This document shows, piece by piece, positions 28,750 through 38,137 of a stretch of DNA of 64,000 nucleotides. The DNA is from Actinomycetota bacterium (GTDB lineage Bacteria > Actinomycetota > Acidimicrobiia > IMCC26256 > VFJJ01), in the NCBI GenBank assembly GCA_009886115.1, contig VFJJ01000111.1, forward strand, positions 1 through 64,000, given 5' to 3'. The notes under the pieces were generated by a model. That model did not search any database. It was not told where the DNA came from and worked only from the letters and a program-made list of their open reading frames with translations. The position numbers were made by a program, and so were the translations under genes. How positions within the stretch are numbered: the first letter of the stretch is position 1; every line of letters begins with the position of its first letter.

Positions 28750-30675
28750 TCACAGGTCCTTGACGGCCGAGAGCATGCGCAGCAGGACGTTGCGGTCGAT
28801 CCTGGGCAGATCGTCGTTGCGCCCACGACGGCTCGGAGCGGCGTCGGACGACGAGCCCACCGATGCCAGCGACGCTCGCCTCGGCAGATCTGCGGCGGTG
28901 CGCTCGTAGTGCTCGTCACCGAGGGCGTCATCGAGGTCCTCGTACAGGTGGGCGTAGCGATCGGTGTAGCTCGACGGTCGCAACGCCGGCACGTTCGACA
29001 CGCCGCGTCGGTCGTCGCTCGGCCCCTGTTGGGCGATCGGCGCGCGCTCCCACTGGCTCCCCAGACGATCCGAGAGGCCCTCGCGCCGCGCCGAGAGGCT
29101 GTCTCGCCGCGGAAGCACCGGCGGCTCCTCGGCGAAGACCGGCCCGGCCGAGGGCTCGGACAGCGGAACAGGAGCGACGGGGCCCCCCGGAACGGCACCG
29201 TCGTGACGGGCGTCGTCCGAGCCCTCGGCAGTCTCGTCGAAGCTCGCCCACCGATCCGACCACGAGCTCGCCGCGCGTGGCGCAATCGCGGGATCGTCGC
29301 CGCCCACCTCGTGCGACGATGCGATCGGGACCGTCTCGACACCCTCGTCGTCGGCGAACGAGGCCGACCCCCGGTGGTCGATTCCCTCGTCGTCGCCCGG
29401 CAGCTGGCCGTCAGCGAATCGGCCGTCGTTGCGCTGGGCGTCGGGGACGACGTTCGTCGCTTCCCATCGCGCGAGCCACAACGCTCCGATCGGATCTCCG
29501 ACATGCTCCCGGGGACCGTCGAAACCGCTGTTCACAGTGGGCTGCATCGACCCGTGACCGTCGCCACCGGGGTCGGCGATGAAGACCGGCGCCGGGGGGG
29601 TGGGAACCTCGGCCGAGGGTGTCGGGTTGGCCGTCGCCTCCGAGCCGGCGAACGACGGCTCCCGGGGAAGCTTGAGCAAGGCCGCACCCGGCGATCGACT
29701 CTGCGAATCCGATGCGGGCGACGCGGCGCTGCCGAGCTCGGTGTCGGCGAGCGCGTCGTGAAGGGCCTGGGCGATGGCATCGGCCGCCCGAGGCTCGGCC
29801 TCGAGCAGATCCGGCTCGAACACGGCGGGCTCGGCGCCGACAACCGCAGCGGAGACCGCAGCGGAAGCCACCTCGGCCACAACCGGCTCGGGGGCCGGTG
29901 CGAGCGGTTCGCTCGGCGACTCCGCGAGGGGCTCCAGCGGATGGGCAAGCGTCGTGAGCGCCCGGGGCGCTGCATCGACGAACTCGACGAACTCGACGAA
30001 CTCGACCAGGCCGCGCTCGACGAGCTCGCGAAGCGCCTGTGACGTCTCGAACTCCCCGCGCCCGATGGACGCCGCGATCTCCCTCGGGTCATGCGCGCCG
30101 TCGACCGCCGCGATGACCTGCCAGAGCCCGGAGGTGATGGTGATCTCGGTCAGGGCGCCCGGAAGGTGACGTACGAGCCGAGCCACACGCCCGTCGAGGG
30201 GAACGACGGCCCGGAGCGCCTGCCATTCGGCGACCCGGCCGAGGGCCGTCACGAACAGCGGCTCGACCGCGAGGGCGGCGATCCGGCCGACAGCGGGTTG
30301 GCCGTCGGGAACGAACTCGAACTCGCCGCTCTTCCAGAGCAGGATCTGATGCAGCGTGTCGGCGACCCGTTCCTCGATGAACGACACGAGGCGCTCGCGC
30401 TCGATCGCACCGCGCTCGACGAGAGCCTCGCCCCACGACTCGCTCGTCGTGACCGCGTCGGCGAGCGCGTCGGCGTCGACGAGGCCCGCGCGAACCAACG
30501 CCTGGGTCGACTCGTCGGGATCGACCGCCGCATAGGTGACCGCACCGGCGTCGCACCACACGACCGCGTCTTCACCCGGCCCGCTGATCCGGAGCGCGCC
30601 ACTCTTCGAAGAGAACGTCAGCAACTGCAGGATGTCCTGCAGGGTGAAGCTCTCGAGACTGCCTCGCAAGCTCAT
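28750..30675 (-). CDS. DUF4388 domain protein with wHTH-like segment and long acidic disordered region
   Basis: LRGSLESFTLQDILQLL..KSGAL, WKSGEFEF; C-terminal helix IDRNVLLRMLSAVKDL. Confidence 0.8.
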   Translation of the reverse strand: MSLRGSLESFTLQDILQLLTFSSKSGALRISGPGEDAVVWCDAGAVTYAAVDPDESTQALVRAGLVDADALADAVTTSESWGEALVERGAIERERLVSFIEERVADTLHQILLWKSGEFEFVPDGQPAVGRIAALAVEPLFVTALGRVAEWQALRAVVPLDGRVARLVRHLPGALTEITITSGLWQVIAAVDGAHDPREIAASIGRGEFETSQALRELVERGLVEFVEFVEFVDAAPRALTTLAHPLEPLAESPSEPLAPAPEPVVAEVASAAVSAAVVGAEPAVFEPDLLEAEPRAADAIAQALHDALADTELGSAASPASDSQSRSPGAALLKLPREPSFAGSEATANPTPSAEVPTPPAPVFIADPGGDGHGSMQPTVNSGFDGPREHVGDPIGALWLARWEATNVVPDAQRNDGRFADGQLPGDDEGIDHRGSASFADDEGVETVPIASSHEVGGDDPAIAPRAASSWSDRWASFDETAEGSDDARHDGAVPGGPVAPVPLSEPSAGPVFAEEPPVLPRRDSLSARREGLSDRLGSQWERAPIAQQGPSDDRRGVSNVPALRPSSYTDRYAHLYEDLDDALGDEHYERTAADLPRRASLASVGSSSDAAPSRRGRNDDLPRIDRNVLLRMLSAVKDL

Positions 30676-30742
30676 CGAGCGTCCCTCCTCGATCGTGATC
30701 GGCCCATCGCCACTACCCCAGCCCTGTTCATCGCTGCCTCCC

Positions 30743-31516
30743 TCAACCGCTCCCGCATTCCTGGACCAGCCGGGCGAATCGCTGTGCCGCCCGCCGGCAT
30801 TCGAGATGAATCAGCCCCAGATTCCGGCACGAACGAGCGGCGACGGCCAAGACGGTCTGGCTGCCCGCTTCGTACACCACGAAACACCCGTCGCCGCAGC
30901 GCACGAGGGTCTCCCGATACACACCGAGGCCGGTCGACTCGACGGCCCGGGCGCTCAAGCTGGCAACGCTCGCCGTCATCGCCGAGATGCGCTCCACGTT
31001 CGCGTCGGACAGGGTCGCCGCCATCGGGAGCCCGTCACGAGTCGCCAGGAGCGCGCCGACGATGTCGGGAACAGATGCCGAGAGCTCCCCGAGATGGCGT
31101 TCGAGGCGGACTCTGGTCGCAGCGACAGTCGGATCCTTGTCGAGCTCCCGAGCCCAGGTCGGGGACTCGGACCCCAGCCACAGGTCGTCCACTGCGAAGG
31201 GTCTCCGCGTTCCAGACGAGCGCGCCCCGGCAGCCGTCGTCTCGAAGCGATCGTCGACGCGAACGGCTGGCGGAAGCGGGGGCAGCGGAGGGAGCGGGGT
31301 GAGCAGCTGCTCGAGCCTCCGGACGCCGGGCGCATCGTCGGTCGGGGCGGTCACCGAGGCTCCGAACAGCGAGGGTTCGAGCACCGAGCCGGCGAACGCC
31401 GAGTCGGTCTCAGCAGGCGACGACCGCCGCCGCCCGAACCGGGGTCGGCGCGTCGACGCTGGCGCGGGGGCAGTTCGGCTCCCATGGGGTCCGAAGGTGT
31501 TCGATGCGCTGCTCAT
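30743..31516 (-). CDS. Roadblock/LC7 protein with Pro-rich N-terminal extension
   Basis: GALLATRDGLPM, ERISAMTA, NLGLIHLE in the C-terminal 120 aa. Confidence 0.8.
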   Translation of the reverse strand: MSSASNTFGPHGSRTAPAPASTRRPRFGRRRSSPAETDSAFAGSVLEPSLFGASVTAPTDDAPGVRRLEQLLTPLPPLPPLPPAVRVDDRFETTAAGARSSGTRRPFAVDDLWLGSESPTWARELDKDPTVAATRVRLERHLGELSASVPDIVGALLATRDGLPMAATLSDANVERISAMTASVASLSARAVESTGLGVYRETLVRCGDGCFVVYEAGSQTVLAVAARSCRNLGLIHLECRRAAQRFARLVQECGSG

Positions 31517-31699
31517 CGCTGCCTCATCGGCTGCCAGTTCTCATCGACGCCAGCGGCGGCGCCGTCCTCGCGCCCCGGCCGGATGGTCTGGGCCCCGAAA
31601 CCTCATCGGCGCGCTCCCAGAGGCCACTTGAGGGGAGCGGGTACCGCGATCGGGACGAAGGGTGCCACGACGACCTCAACCTGTGTACGCTCAGACGAC

Positions 31700-32752
31700 A
31701 TGTCGCACTTTTGCCACATCAACATCACGCGCCCCACCGCCATCACCGCCGTGGCGGTGATGCTCCTGGCCCCGATCCCGGTGCTGGCCAGCGTCGACGG
31801 CTCGGCGGGGGCATCAGGCCCGGCGGTCGTCGGGTTCGCCGCTGACACCACGCCGAGCCACCGCGCTGTCGATGACGGTTCGACGGGCGGCGAGGGTCGC
31901 GTCCTCGACGAAGCCGATGTCGCTCCGGTCCCTCCGATGCTGGCCGAGCTGGGCGCCGCTTTCGCGCTCGGCTTCTCGTTCTCGAGCCCCACGCCCGCCG
32001 CCGTCCCGCTCGACCTCCAGATGCGGCTCAGCTATCCGGGACACGAGCTCGCACCCGGGATGAGCGAGCCGGCCGTGTCGATGCTCCAGCGCCGCCTGGC
32101 TGAGCTCGACTTCGACCCTGGCGCCATCGACGGCCTGTTCAGCGAGCCGACGACCTTCGCGGTCACCTCGTTCCAGAAGTTCACCGGTCGAGCCGTCACC
32201 GGGGTCGTCGACGAGGAGACGTGGCTGGCCCTGGCCGATCCGCTCGGCGTGGCCCCGATGGTCACCGGTGCCGCCGACACCCGGATCGAGGTCGATCTCG
32301 ATCGCCAGGTGCTCGTCGTGTGGCGTGAAGACCGGGTGGCGCTCATCACCCGGATCACCAGCGGCAGCTCTGCCACACCCACGCCCCCCGGATCGTTCAC
32401 CGTGACACGGCGCATCACCGGTTGGCGGGTCAGTCGGCTCGGCCGCTTGTACAACCCGCTGTACTTCAACGACGGGATCGCCTTCCACGGGTATCTGTCG
32501 TTGCCCACCCATCCGGCATCGCACGGTTGCGTGCGCCTGCCGATGTACATCGCCGAGTACTTCCCGTCGCTCGTCGAGAACGGCGCCGAGGTCTACGTGG
32601 TCGACCGCGAGCATCCCGGAGTCGCCCGGGTGCCGAAGCCGGAGCCCGTGCCGGTGCCGTCGGTGCCGTCGGTGCCGTCGGTGCCGTCGGAGCCGTCGGA
32701 GCCGTCGGTCGAGGAGGCCGTTCCCCTCTCAGGGACGATTGCGGGCGCGTAG
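31700..32752 (+). CDS. L,D-transpeptidase with peptidoglycan-binding domain
   Basis: LQRRLAEL..IDGLF..FQK (PG-binding); AFHG..ASHGCVR catalytic motif. Confidence 0.9.
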   Translation: MSHFCHINITRPTAITAVAVMLLAPIPVLASVDGSAGASGPAVVGFAADTTPSHRAVDDGSTGGEGRVLDEADVAPVPPMLAELGAAFALGFSFSSPTPAAVPLDLQMRLSYPGHELAPGMSEPAVSMLQRRLAELDFDPGAIDGLFSEPTTFAVTSFQKFTGRAVTGVVDEETWLALADPLGVAPMVTGAADTRIEVDLDRQVLVVWREDRVALITRITSGSSATPTPPGSFTVTRRITGWRVSRLGRLYNPLYFNDGIAFHGYLSLPTHPASHGCVRLPMYIAEYFPSLVENGAEVYVVDREHPGVARVPKPEPVPVPSVPSVPSVPSEPSEPSVEEAVPLSGTIAGA

Positions 32753-33577
32753 CTCCGCCGCCCGGGCGATCACCTCGCGAACGATCAGTGCCACGAAGAA
32801 CTGAGCGACGGCGATCCCTGAGATGGTCGCCGAGGCGGCCGTCCCCGCGTGGTAGCTGACGAGCAGGCCGACGTAGACGGCGAGGATCCCGACGCCGACG
32901 GCGGTGCCCATGATCGCCGGGAGGCGCCGGGCGACCAAGGTGGCCGTGGCCGGGGGGGCCACGATCAGGCCCAGCACCAGCATGGTCCCCACGGCCTGGA
33001 ACGACGCCACCACGACCAGCGCGATGAGGCCGAGCATCACGAGGTGGGCCAGGGTGGGCCGCATCCCGAGCGTCCGGGCCTTGGCTTCGTTGAACGACAG
33101 GACGAGAAACGGCCGGTAGAGCACGACCACGAGCGCGATCGTGACGGCCGCGGTCACCGCCAGCGTCCGCACGTCGCCGGTGTCGACGGCGAGGATGTCG
33201 CCGAACAAGAACGCCGTGAGGTCGCCGGTGTAGCTGCGCGAGCGCGAGATGATGATCACGCCGAGCGCGAGCATCCCGACGAACAGCAGGCCGATCGCCG
33301 TGTCGTCGCTCACCCGGCTCCGGGTGTGCACGAGGTTCACCCCGGCGACCATCACGATGGCGCCGAGCGCCGCACCCAGGCTGAGGTCGAAGCCCCACAG
33401 GAAGGCCAACGCCACCCCGGGCAGGACGCCGTGGGCAAGAGCGTCTCCCATGAAGCTCAGCCCTCGCACCACCACCCACGTGCCGACCAGCGCCGAGGCC
33501 GCCACCGTGAGCAGGCCCGCCAGGAGGGCCCGCTGCATGAACTCCAGCTGGAACGGATCGAGCAGGTTCGAGCTCAT
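32729..33577 (-). CDS. Zn/Mn ABC transporter permease (AztB/ZnuB-like)
   Basis: GDALAHGVLPGVA, LFGDIL. Confidence 0.92.
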   Translation of the reverse strand: MSSNLLDPFQLEFMQRALLAGLLTVAASALVGTWVVVRGLSFMGDALAHGVLPGVALAFLWGFDLSLGAALGAIVMVAGVNLVHTRSRVSDDTAIGLLFVGMLALGVIIISRSRSYTGDLTAFLFGDILAVDTGDVRTLAVTAAVTIALVVVLYRPFLVLSFNEAKARTLGMRPTLAHLVMLGLIALVVVASFQAVGTMLVLGLIVAPPATATLVARRLPAIMGTAVGVGILAVYVGLLVSYHAGTAASATISGIAVAQFFVALIVREVIARAAELRARNRP

Positions 33578-34545
33578 GGTCGTGTGAGCGCCGCGACGAT
33601 CAGCTCGGCGTTGGCGCGTACGAGCCCCAGGTACGTCGCCGCGCTCGACGGTGGCTCACCCAGCGCGTCCGAGTACAGCTCGACGATCTCGACGTCCCGG
33701 CCGACCTCGTCGGCGACCGTCGCGGCCAGTTCCGTCGAGCCCAGGCTCTCGCCGAAGATCGCCCGCACGCCCCGGTCTTCGATGACCTCGACCAGATCGG
33801 CGAGCGACCCGGCGTTGGCCGAGGCGAGCGTCGAGCCCCCGGGGATCACCACGCCCACGATCTCGAAGCCGTAGCGCTGGGCCAGAGCGCCGAACGCCGC
33901 GTGCGTCGTGACGAGCAGCCGCTCGGCGCTCGGGATCGACGCATACAGCGCGCTCACCTCGCGATGCACCGTGTCGAGCTCCGCGGAGTACGCCTGGGCC
34001 CGGGCTCGGTACCCGTCGGCTCGGTCGGGGTCGATGACGGCCAGCTTGTCGGCGATCGTCGTCACCGCCTGGTGCATCAGCAGCGGGTCCTGCCAGAAGT
34101 GCGGGTCGCCGACCCCGTCGATCGAGACCAGCCCGGTGAGCGCGTCGCCGGCGAGCACCACCTCCGTGCCCTCGCTCTCGAGCTGGCCGATGACGTCGTC
34201 GAGGCTCTCCTCCAAGCCCAGGCCGTTGGCGATCACGAGGTCGGCGCCACGCAGGCGCTCGCCCTCGGACGCCGAGAGCTGGAAGTCGTGGGGATCGACA
34301 CCGGCCGGGATCAAGATCTCCACCCGGCCGGCGTCTCCGACGATGTTTGCGGTCACGTCCCCGAGGATCGACGTGGTCGCCACGATCACCGGCGCGGGCC
34401 CGACGGCGCCGGAGCTGTCCTGGGTGCCTTGGTCACCCGGGGCGCCCTGATCGTCGCCGGCGCAGCCGACGACGAGGGTCACGGCCACCAGGCAGAGGGC
34501 GAATCCGGCCCGGACCGTCATACGCGGCACCCTCGTCGACGTCAT
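33574..34545 (-). CDS. Zn/Mn ABC substrate-binding lipoprotein (AztC/ZnuA-like)
   Basis: Lipobox VVGC; DPHDF, NGLGLE, DPHFWQDP, THAAF. Confidence 0.92.
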   Translation of the reverse strand: MTSTRVPRMTVRAGFALCLVAVTLVVGCAGDDQGAPGDQGTQDSSGAVGPAPVIVATTSILGDVTANIVGDAGRVEILIPAGVDPHDFQLSASEGERLRGADLVIANGLGLEESLDDVIGQLESEGTEVVLAGDALTGLVSIDGVGDPHFWQDPLLMHQAVTTIADKLAVIDPDRADGYRARAQAYSAELDTVHREVSALYASIPSAERLLVTTHAAFGALAQRYGFEIVGVVIPGGSTLASANAGSLADLVEVIEDRGVRAIFGESLGSTELAATVADEVGRDVEIVELYSDALGEPPSSAATYLGLVRANAELIVAALTRP

Positions 34546-34564
34546 TCGAACCCCTGCCTTCCCA

Positions 34565-34600
34565 AGAATGAGAATCAATCTCGAAATGAATCGTATTCCC
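34565..34600. promoter_or_regulatory. Zur/Fur-like operator between divergent metal ABC genes
   Basis: AT-rich imperfect palindrome aatgagaatcaatctcgaaatgaatcgtattccc in a GC-rich background. Confidence 0.6.
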
Positions 34601-34638
34601 TTCGTCGTCCTGAGACAACCCTGGGCCAAGATGGGTGC

Positions 34639-35463
34639 ATGGCAACGCAGGCGGCCGTCGAGGCCACCACGGTCACCTTGAACTACGGCTCATCCACCGC
34701 GTTGGCCTGCTCCGACTTCACCATCCCCGAGGGGCGGGTGACGGCCATCATCGGCCCCAACGGCTCGGGCAAGTCGACGATGCTCAACGCCATCGCCGGT
34801 CTCATGGAGCCGACGAGCGGACGCCTCGTGCTCTGGGGCTCGCCCCCGGCCGGGCAGCGAGCGCGGATCGCCTACGTGTTGCAATCGACGAAGGTCAACG
34901 AGCTCATGCCGGTGACGGTGAAAGAGATCGTGATGATGGGCCGGTACGCCCAGCGGGGCTGGCTCTCGCGCCTCACTCGCGACGATCGGGTCGTCGTGGC
35001 CGAAGCCATGGCCCGCCTGGAGATCGAGGATCTGGCAGCTCGGCATCTCAACGAGCTCTCCGGGGGGCAGCGGCAGCGGGTCTTCGTGGCCCAGGGCCTT
35101 GCCCAACAGGCCGATCTCCTCCTCCTCGACGAGCCCGTGACCGGCCTCGATGTCGTCTCGCACGGCCGGATCCTCGACATCGTTCGCGAGGAGGCGCACC
35201 AGCGCGGGGTCACCGTCGTGATGACCACGCACGATCTGGGTGAGGCGGCCGCGGCCGACCATCTCCTCCTGCTCTCGGGTCGGGTCGTCGCGTCCGGCTC
35301 GGCCGAGCACGTGATCACCCCCGCGCATCTCAGCGAGGCCTACGGTGCCCGACTCGTGCGCTTGAGCGACGGCAGCCTGCTGCTCGACGACGCCTCCCAC
35401 CACCACGCGCCCTCGGCGTCGACGTCGCACCTCACCGGCCACGACCACACCCACGAGCACTGA
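34639..35463 (+). CDS. Zn/Mn ABC ATP-binding protein with His-rich tail
   Basis: GPNGSGKST, LSGGQRQR, LDEP; C-terminus HHHAPSASTSHLTGHDHTHEH. Confidence 0.92.
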   Translation: MATQAAVEATTVTLNYGSSTALACSDFTIPEGRVTAIIGPNGSGKSTMLNAIAGLMEPTSGRLVLWGSPPAGQRARIAYVLQSTKVNELMPVTVKEIVMMGRYAQRGWLSRLTRDDRVVVAEAMARLEIEDLAARHLNELSGGQRQRVFVAQGLAQQADLLLLDEPVTGLDVVSHGRILDIVREEAHQRGVTVVMTTHDLGEAAAADHLLLLSGRVVASGSAEHVITPAHLSEAYGARLVRLSDGSLLLDDASHHHAPSASTSHLTGHDHTHEH

Positions 35464-35517
35464 CCCCCGGCCGGGGCTCACTCGCCCCGCGTCCGCCATG
35501 GGTTCGTCGCGGCCGAG

Positions 35518-36351
35518 TCAGAAGCCGGGGTCGGCGAAGGGGTCGGGAGGGGCGACGAAGGCTTGGGTCGACGAGAGGCCGTGGCGACGGGCGATCTGCT
35601 CGTAGCCGGTCTGCTCGAGCTCAGCGGCGAGCTCGGGTCCACCCGACTCGACGATCTGGCCGGCGATGAAGACGTGCACCCGGTCGGGGCGCAGCTCGAA
35701 GAGCAAGCGGTTGTAGTGCGTGATCACCAGCACGCCCAAGGGCTCGCGGCCCGCGGCGGCCCCGGCGTCGCCCGGGTGCGTGAGCGATTCCACCCGCTGG
35801 GAGACCTGGCGCAGCGCGTCGACGTCGAGACCGGAATCGAGCTCGTCGAGGATGGCGATCTTGGGTGCCAGCACCGCCAGCTGGATGGTCTCGAGACGCT
35901 TCTTCTCGCCGCCCGACAGGCCGACGTTGAGCGGGCGATCGAGCAGGGCCGTCGCCAGCCCCAGCCGATCGGCTTCGAGCCGGACCACCTCAGCGATGCC
36001 GGCTCCCGAGCCCGTCGCGCGGCGACCGGTCGCGGCGAGTGCCTCCGACAGGAACTCCACGAACCCGATGCCCGGGATCTCGACCGGGTACTGGAGCCCG
36101 ACGAAGAGCCCGGCTGCGGCGCGCTCGTGCGTGGGCAGGGCGAGCAGGTCGGTGCCGTCGAGCGTGACGGTGCCGGCGGTGACCGTGTAGCCGGGGCGAC
36201 CCATCAGCACGTGCTGGAGCGTCGACTTCCCCGAACCGTTGGGGCCCATGATCGCCTCGACGCGTCCCGACGCGACCTCGAGGTCGACGCCCTTCAGGAT
36301 CGGGTGACCGTCGACCTCGGCGTGGAGGCCCTCGATCTTCAACAGGCTCAT
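35518..36351 (-). CDS. sufC: Fe-S cluster assembly ATPase SufC (copy 2)
   Basis: MGPNGSGKST, QYPVEIPG, SGGEKKR, LDELDSGLDVDAL, ITHY. Confidence 0.93.
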   Translation of the reverse strand: MSLLKIEGLHAEVDGHPILKGVDLEVASGRVEAIMGPNGSGKSTLQHVLMGRPGYTVTAGTVTLDGTDLLALPTHERAAAGLFVGLQYPVEIPGIGFVEFLSEALAATGRRATGSGAGIAEVVRLEADRLGLATALLDRPLNVGLSGGEKKRLETIQLAVLAPKIAILDELDSGLDVDALRQVSQRVESLTHPGDAGAAAGREPLGVLVITHYNRLLFELRPDRVHVFIAGQIVESGGPELAAELEQTGYEQIARRHGLSSTQAFVAPPDPFADPGF

Positions 36352-36740
36352 GGGGCCGCCTCCTCGGTGTCGAGATCGACCACCACGGTGTCACCGTCGA
36401 GGCGCACCCGGTAGACGGGCACCGCCGTCGTGGCCGGCAGGGTCTGCGGCTCCCCGCTCAGCAACGAGAACGTGGAACCGTGCTTGGGGCATTCGATCTC
36501 GCATTCGTCCTCCCACACCGCGCCCTCCGACAGCGAGTAGTCGGCGTGCGAGCACTCGTCGCCGATGGCGTGCCAGTCATCGCCGATGTGCACGATGCAG
36601 ATGCGGTGACGACGCCCGGCGCCGTCGACCACGTCGAAGCGCCGGGCCGAACCGGCAGCCACCTCGCCCGTCGAGCACACCGCGAACGACGATGCCGATG
36701 GCGATGGCGATGCCGATGAGGATGGCGATGGCGCGGCCAT
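36348..36740 (-). CDS. Rieske-type ferredoxin of the SUF operon
   Basis: CSH...CPKHG; ATG overlaps the sufD stop. Confidence 0.9.
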   Translation of the reverse strand: MAAPSPSSSASPSPSASSFAVCSTGEVAAGSARRFDVVDGAGRRHRICIVHIGDDWHAIGDECSHADYSLSEGAVWEDECEIECPKHGSTFSLLSGEPQTLPATTAVPVYRVRLDGDTVVVDLDTEEAAP

Positions 36741-38038
36741 CAGGCCCTCCCCCCGAACTTGGCCGTGACGGCCGTCCGCAGAGGCTCGGCCAGCGACGCG
36801 AGGGGGAGCCGGGCCAGCACGTCCTCGAAGAACCCGAACACGATCAGCCGCTCGGCGTCGGCCGGGGCGATCCCCCGCGACTGGAGGTAGTAGAGCTGAT
36901 CCTCGTCGATGGGGCCGATCGCCGAGGCGTGCGAGCACTTCACGTCGTTGGCCTCGATCACCAGGTTCGGGATCGATTCCGCGCCACAGGGGGGCGGCGC
37001 CAACACCAGGTTGCGGTTGGTCTGGTTGGCCCGGGCCTTCTTGGCGTTCACGCGCATGTGGACGATCCCCGAGTACACCGACTTGGCCTGCTCGTCGACG
37101 GCGCCCTTGAACAGGAGATCGCTCGAGGTGTATGGCGCCTGATGGTCTTGCAGGGTGCGGAAGTCGAGCGTCTGGCTGCCGGTCCCGAAGTACACGGCGA
37201 GCAGATCGCTCGAAGCGCCCTGGCCGACGAGCACCGACTCCGAGCGCAACCGGGCGTAGTCGCCGCCGAGGGCCACGGCCGACGAGCGCAACGTCGCGTC
37301 ACGGCCGATCGTCGATCGCTGCAGGGCCACCTGCCAGGTACCGGGGCCGTGGGCCTGGAGCGCGACGTGGCTGAGCATCGCCCCGTCGCCGATCACGAAC
37401 TCGGTCACGGCGTCGGCGAGATGCACGATGCCGCTGGGCGATGCGTGGTACTCGGCGACCGTCGCCTGAGCCCGCTCGCCGAGGATCACGAGGGTGCGGG
37501 GGAACGACACCAGGCCGTCGCCCTCGCACCAGTGCGCCACCACGATGGGGCGCTCGACGACCACGCCCGCCGGCACGTGCACGTACGCCGCACCCGAGAG
37601 GAACCCGTCGTTGAGCTCGGTGAACCAGTCGGCCGACGATGATGCGGCAGTCCCGAGGCTCTCGCGCACGGGTCCGTCGGCCACCTCGAGGACGTCTCCC
37701 ACTGCGACACCCCGGGCAACGAGCTCGTCGTCGAGCTCGAGGTGCACCACCCGACCGTTGCGGACGACGATGAGGCCGGCCCGGTCGGGGATCGCCGCCG
37801 CTACCGCGGCCGCCGCGGGTGGGATGCCGGCCTCGCCGATGCCGTCGATCCACGCCGGCGTGAACCGGTCGAGGGCGAGCGACTCGATCCGGGAGTAGCG
37901 CCAGATCTCCTCGGACGAGGTGGGGGCCGTACCCGCGGCGAACCGCTCGACCGCGGCGATCCGACGCTCGGCGAGCCATGCCGGACCGTCGAGCCGGCGC
38001 GCCACGTCGGCGCCGAACGACAAGGTGGTGGTGCTCAT
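36740..38038 (-). CDS. sufD: Fe-S cluster assembly protein SufD
   Basis: EIWRYS, SIPNLVIEANDVKCSHAS, LYYLQSRGI. Confidence 0.94.
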   Translation of the reverse strand: MSTTTLSFGADVARRLDGPAWLAERRIAAVERFAAGTAPTSSEEIWRYSRIESLALDRFTPAWIDGIGEAGIPPAAAAVAAAIPDRAGLIVVRNGRVVHLELDDELVARGVAVGDVLEVADGPVRESLGTAASSSADWFTELNDGFLSGAAYVHVPAGVVVERPIVVAHWCEGDGLVSFPRTLVILGERAQATVAEYHASPSGIVHLADAVTEFVIGDGAMLSHVALQAHGPGTWQVALQRSTIGRDATLRSSAVALGGDYARLRSESVLVGQGASSDLLAVYFGTGSQTLDFRTLQDHQAPYTSSDLLFKGAVDEQAKSVYSGIVHMRVNAKKARANQTNRNLVLAPPPCGAESIPNLVIEANDVKCSHASAIGPIDEDQLYYLQSRGIAPADAERLIVFGFFEDVLARLPLASLAEPLRTAVTAKFGGRA

Positions 38039-38094
38039 GTTCCCCTCAGTGTGCGCGTGCTGCGACGGCGGAGACCCGACCGGCAGATGCCTTG

Positions 38095-38137
38095 AGCCGA
38101 CGGTGTCGTATCAGCCGACGGTGTCGTATCAGCCGAC
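38095..38137. repeat. 18-bp tandem duplication over the sufB stop codon
   Basis: agccgacggtgtcgtatc x2 plus agccgac. Confidence 0.85.

Noticed and set aside
38095..38137. Direct repeats as a possible mini-CRISPR
   Set aside because: Units abut with no spacers, only about 2.4 copies, and no cas genes are in the window.
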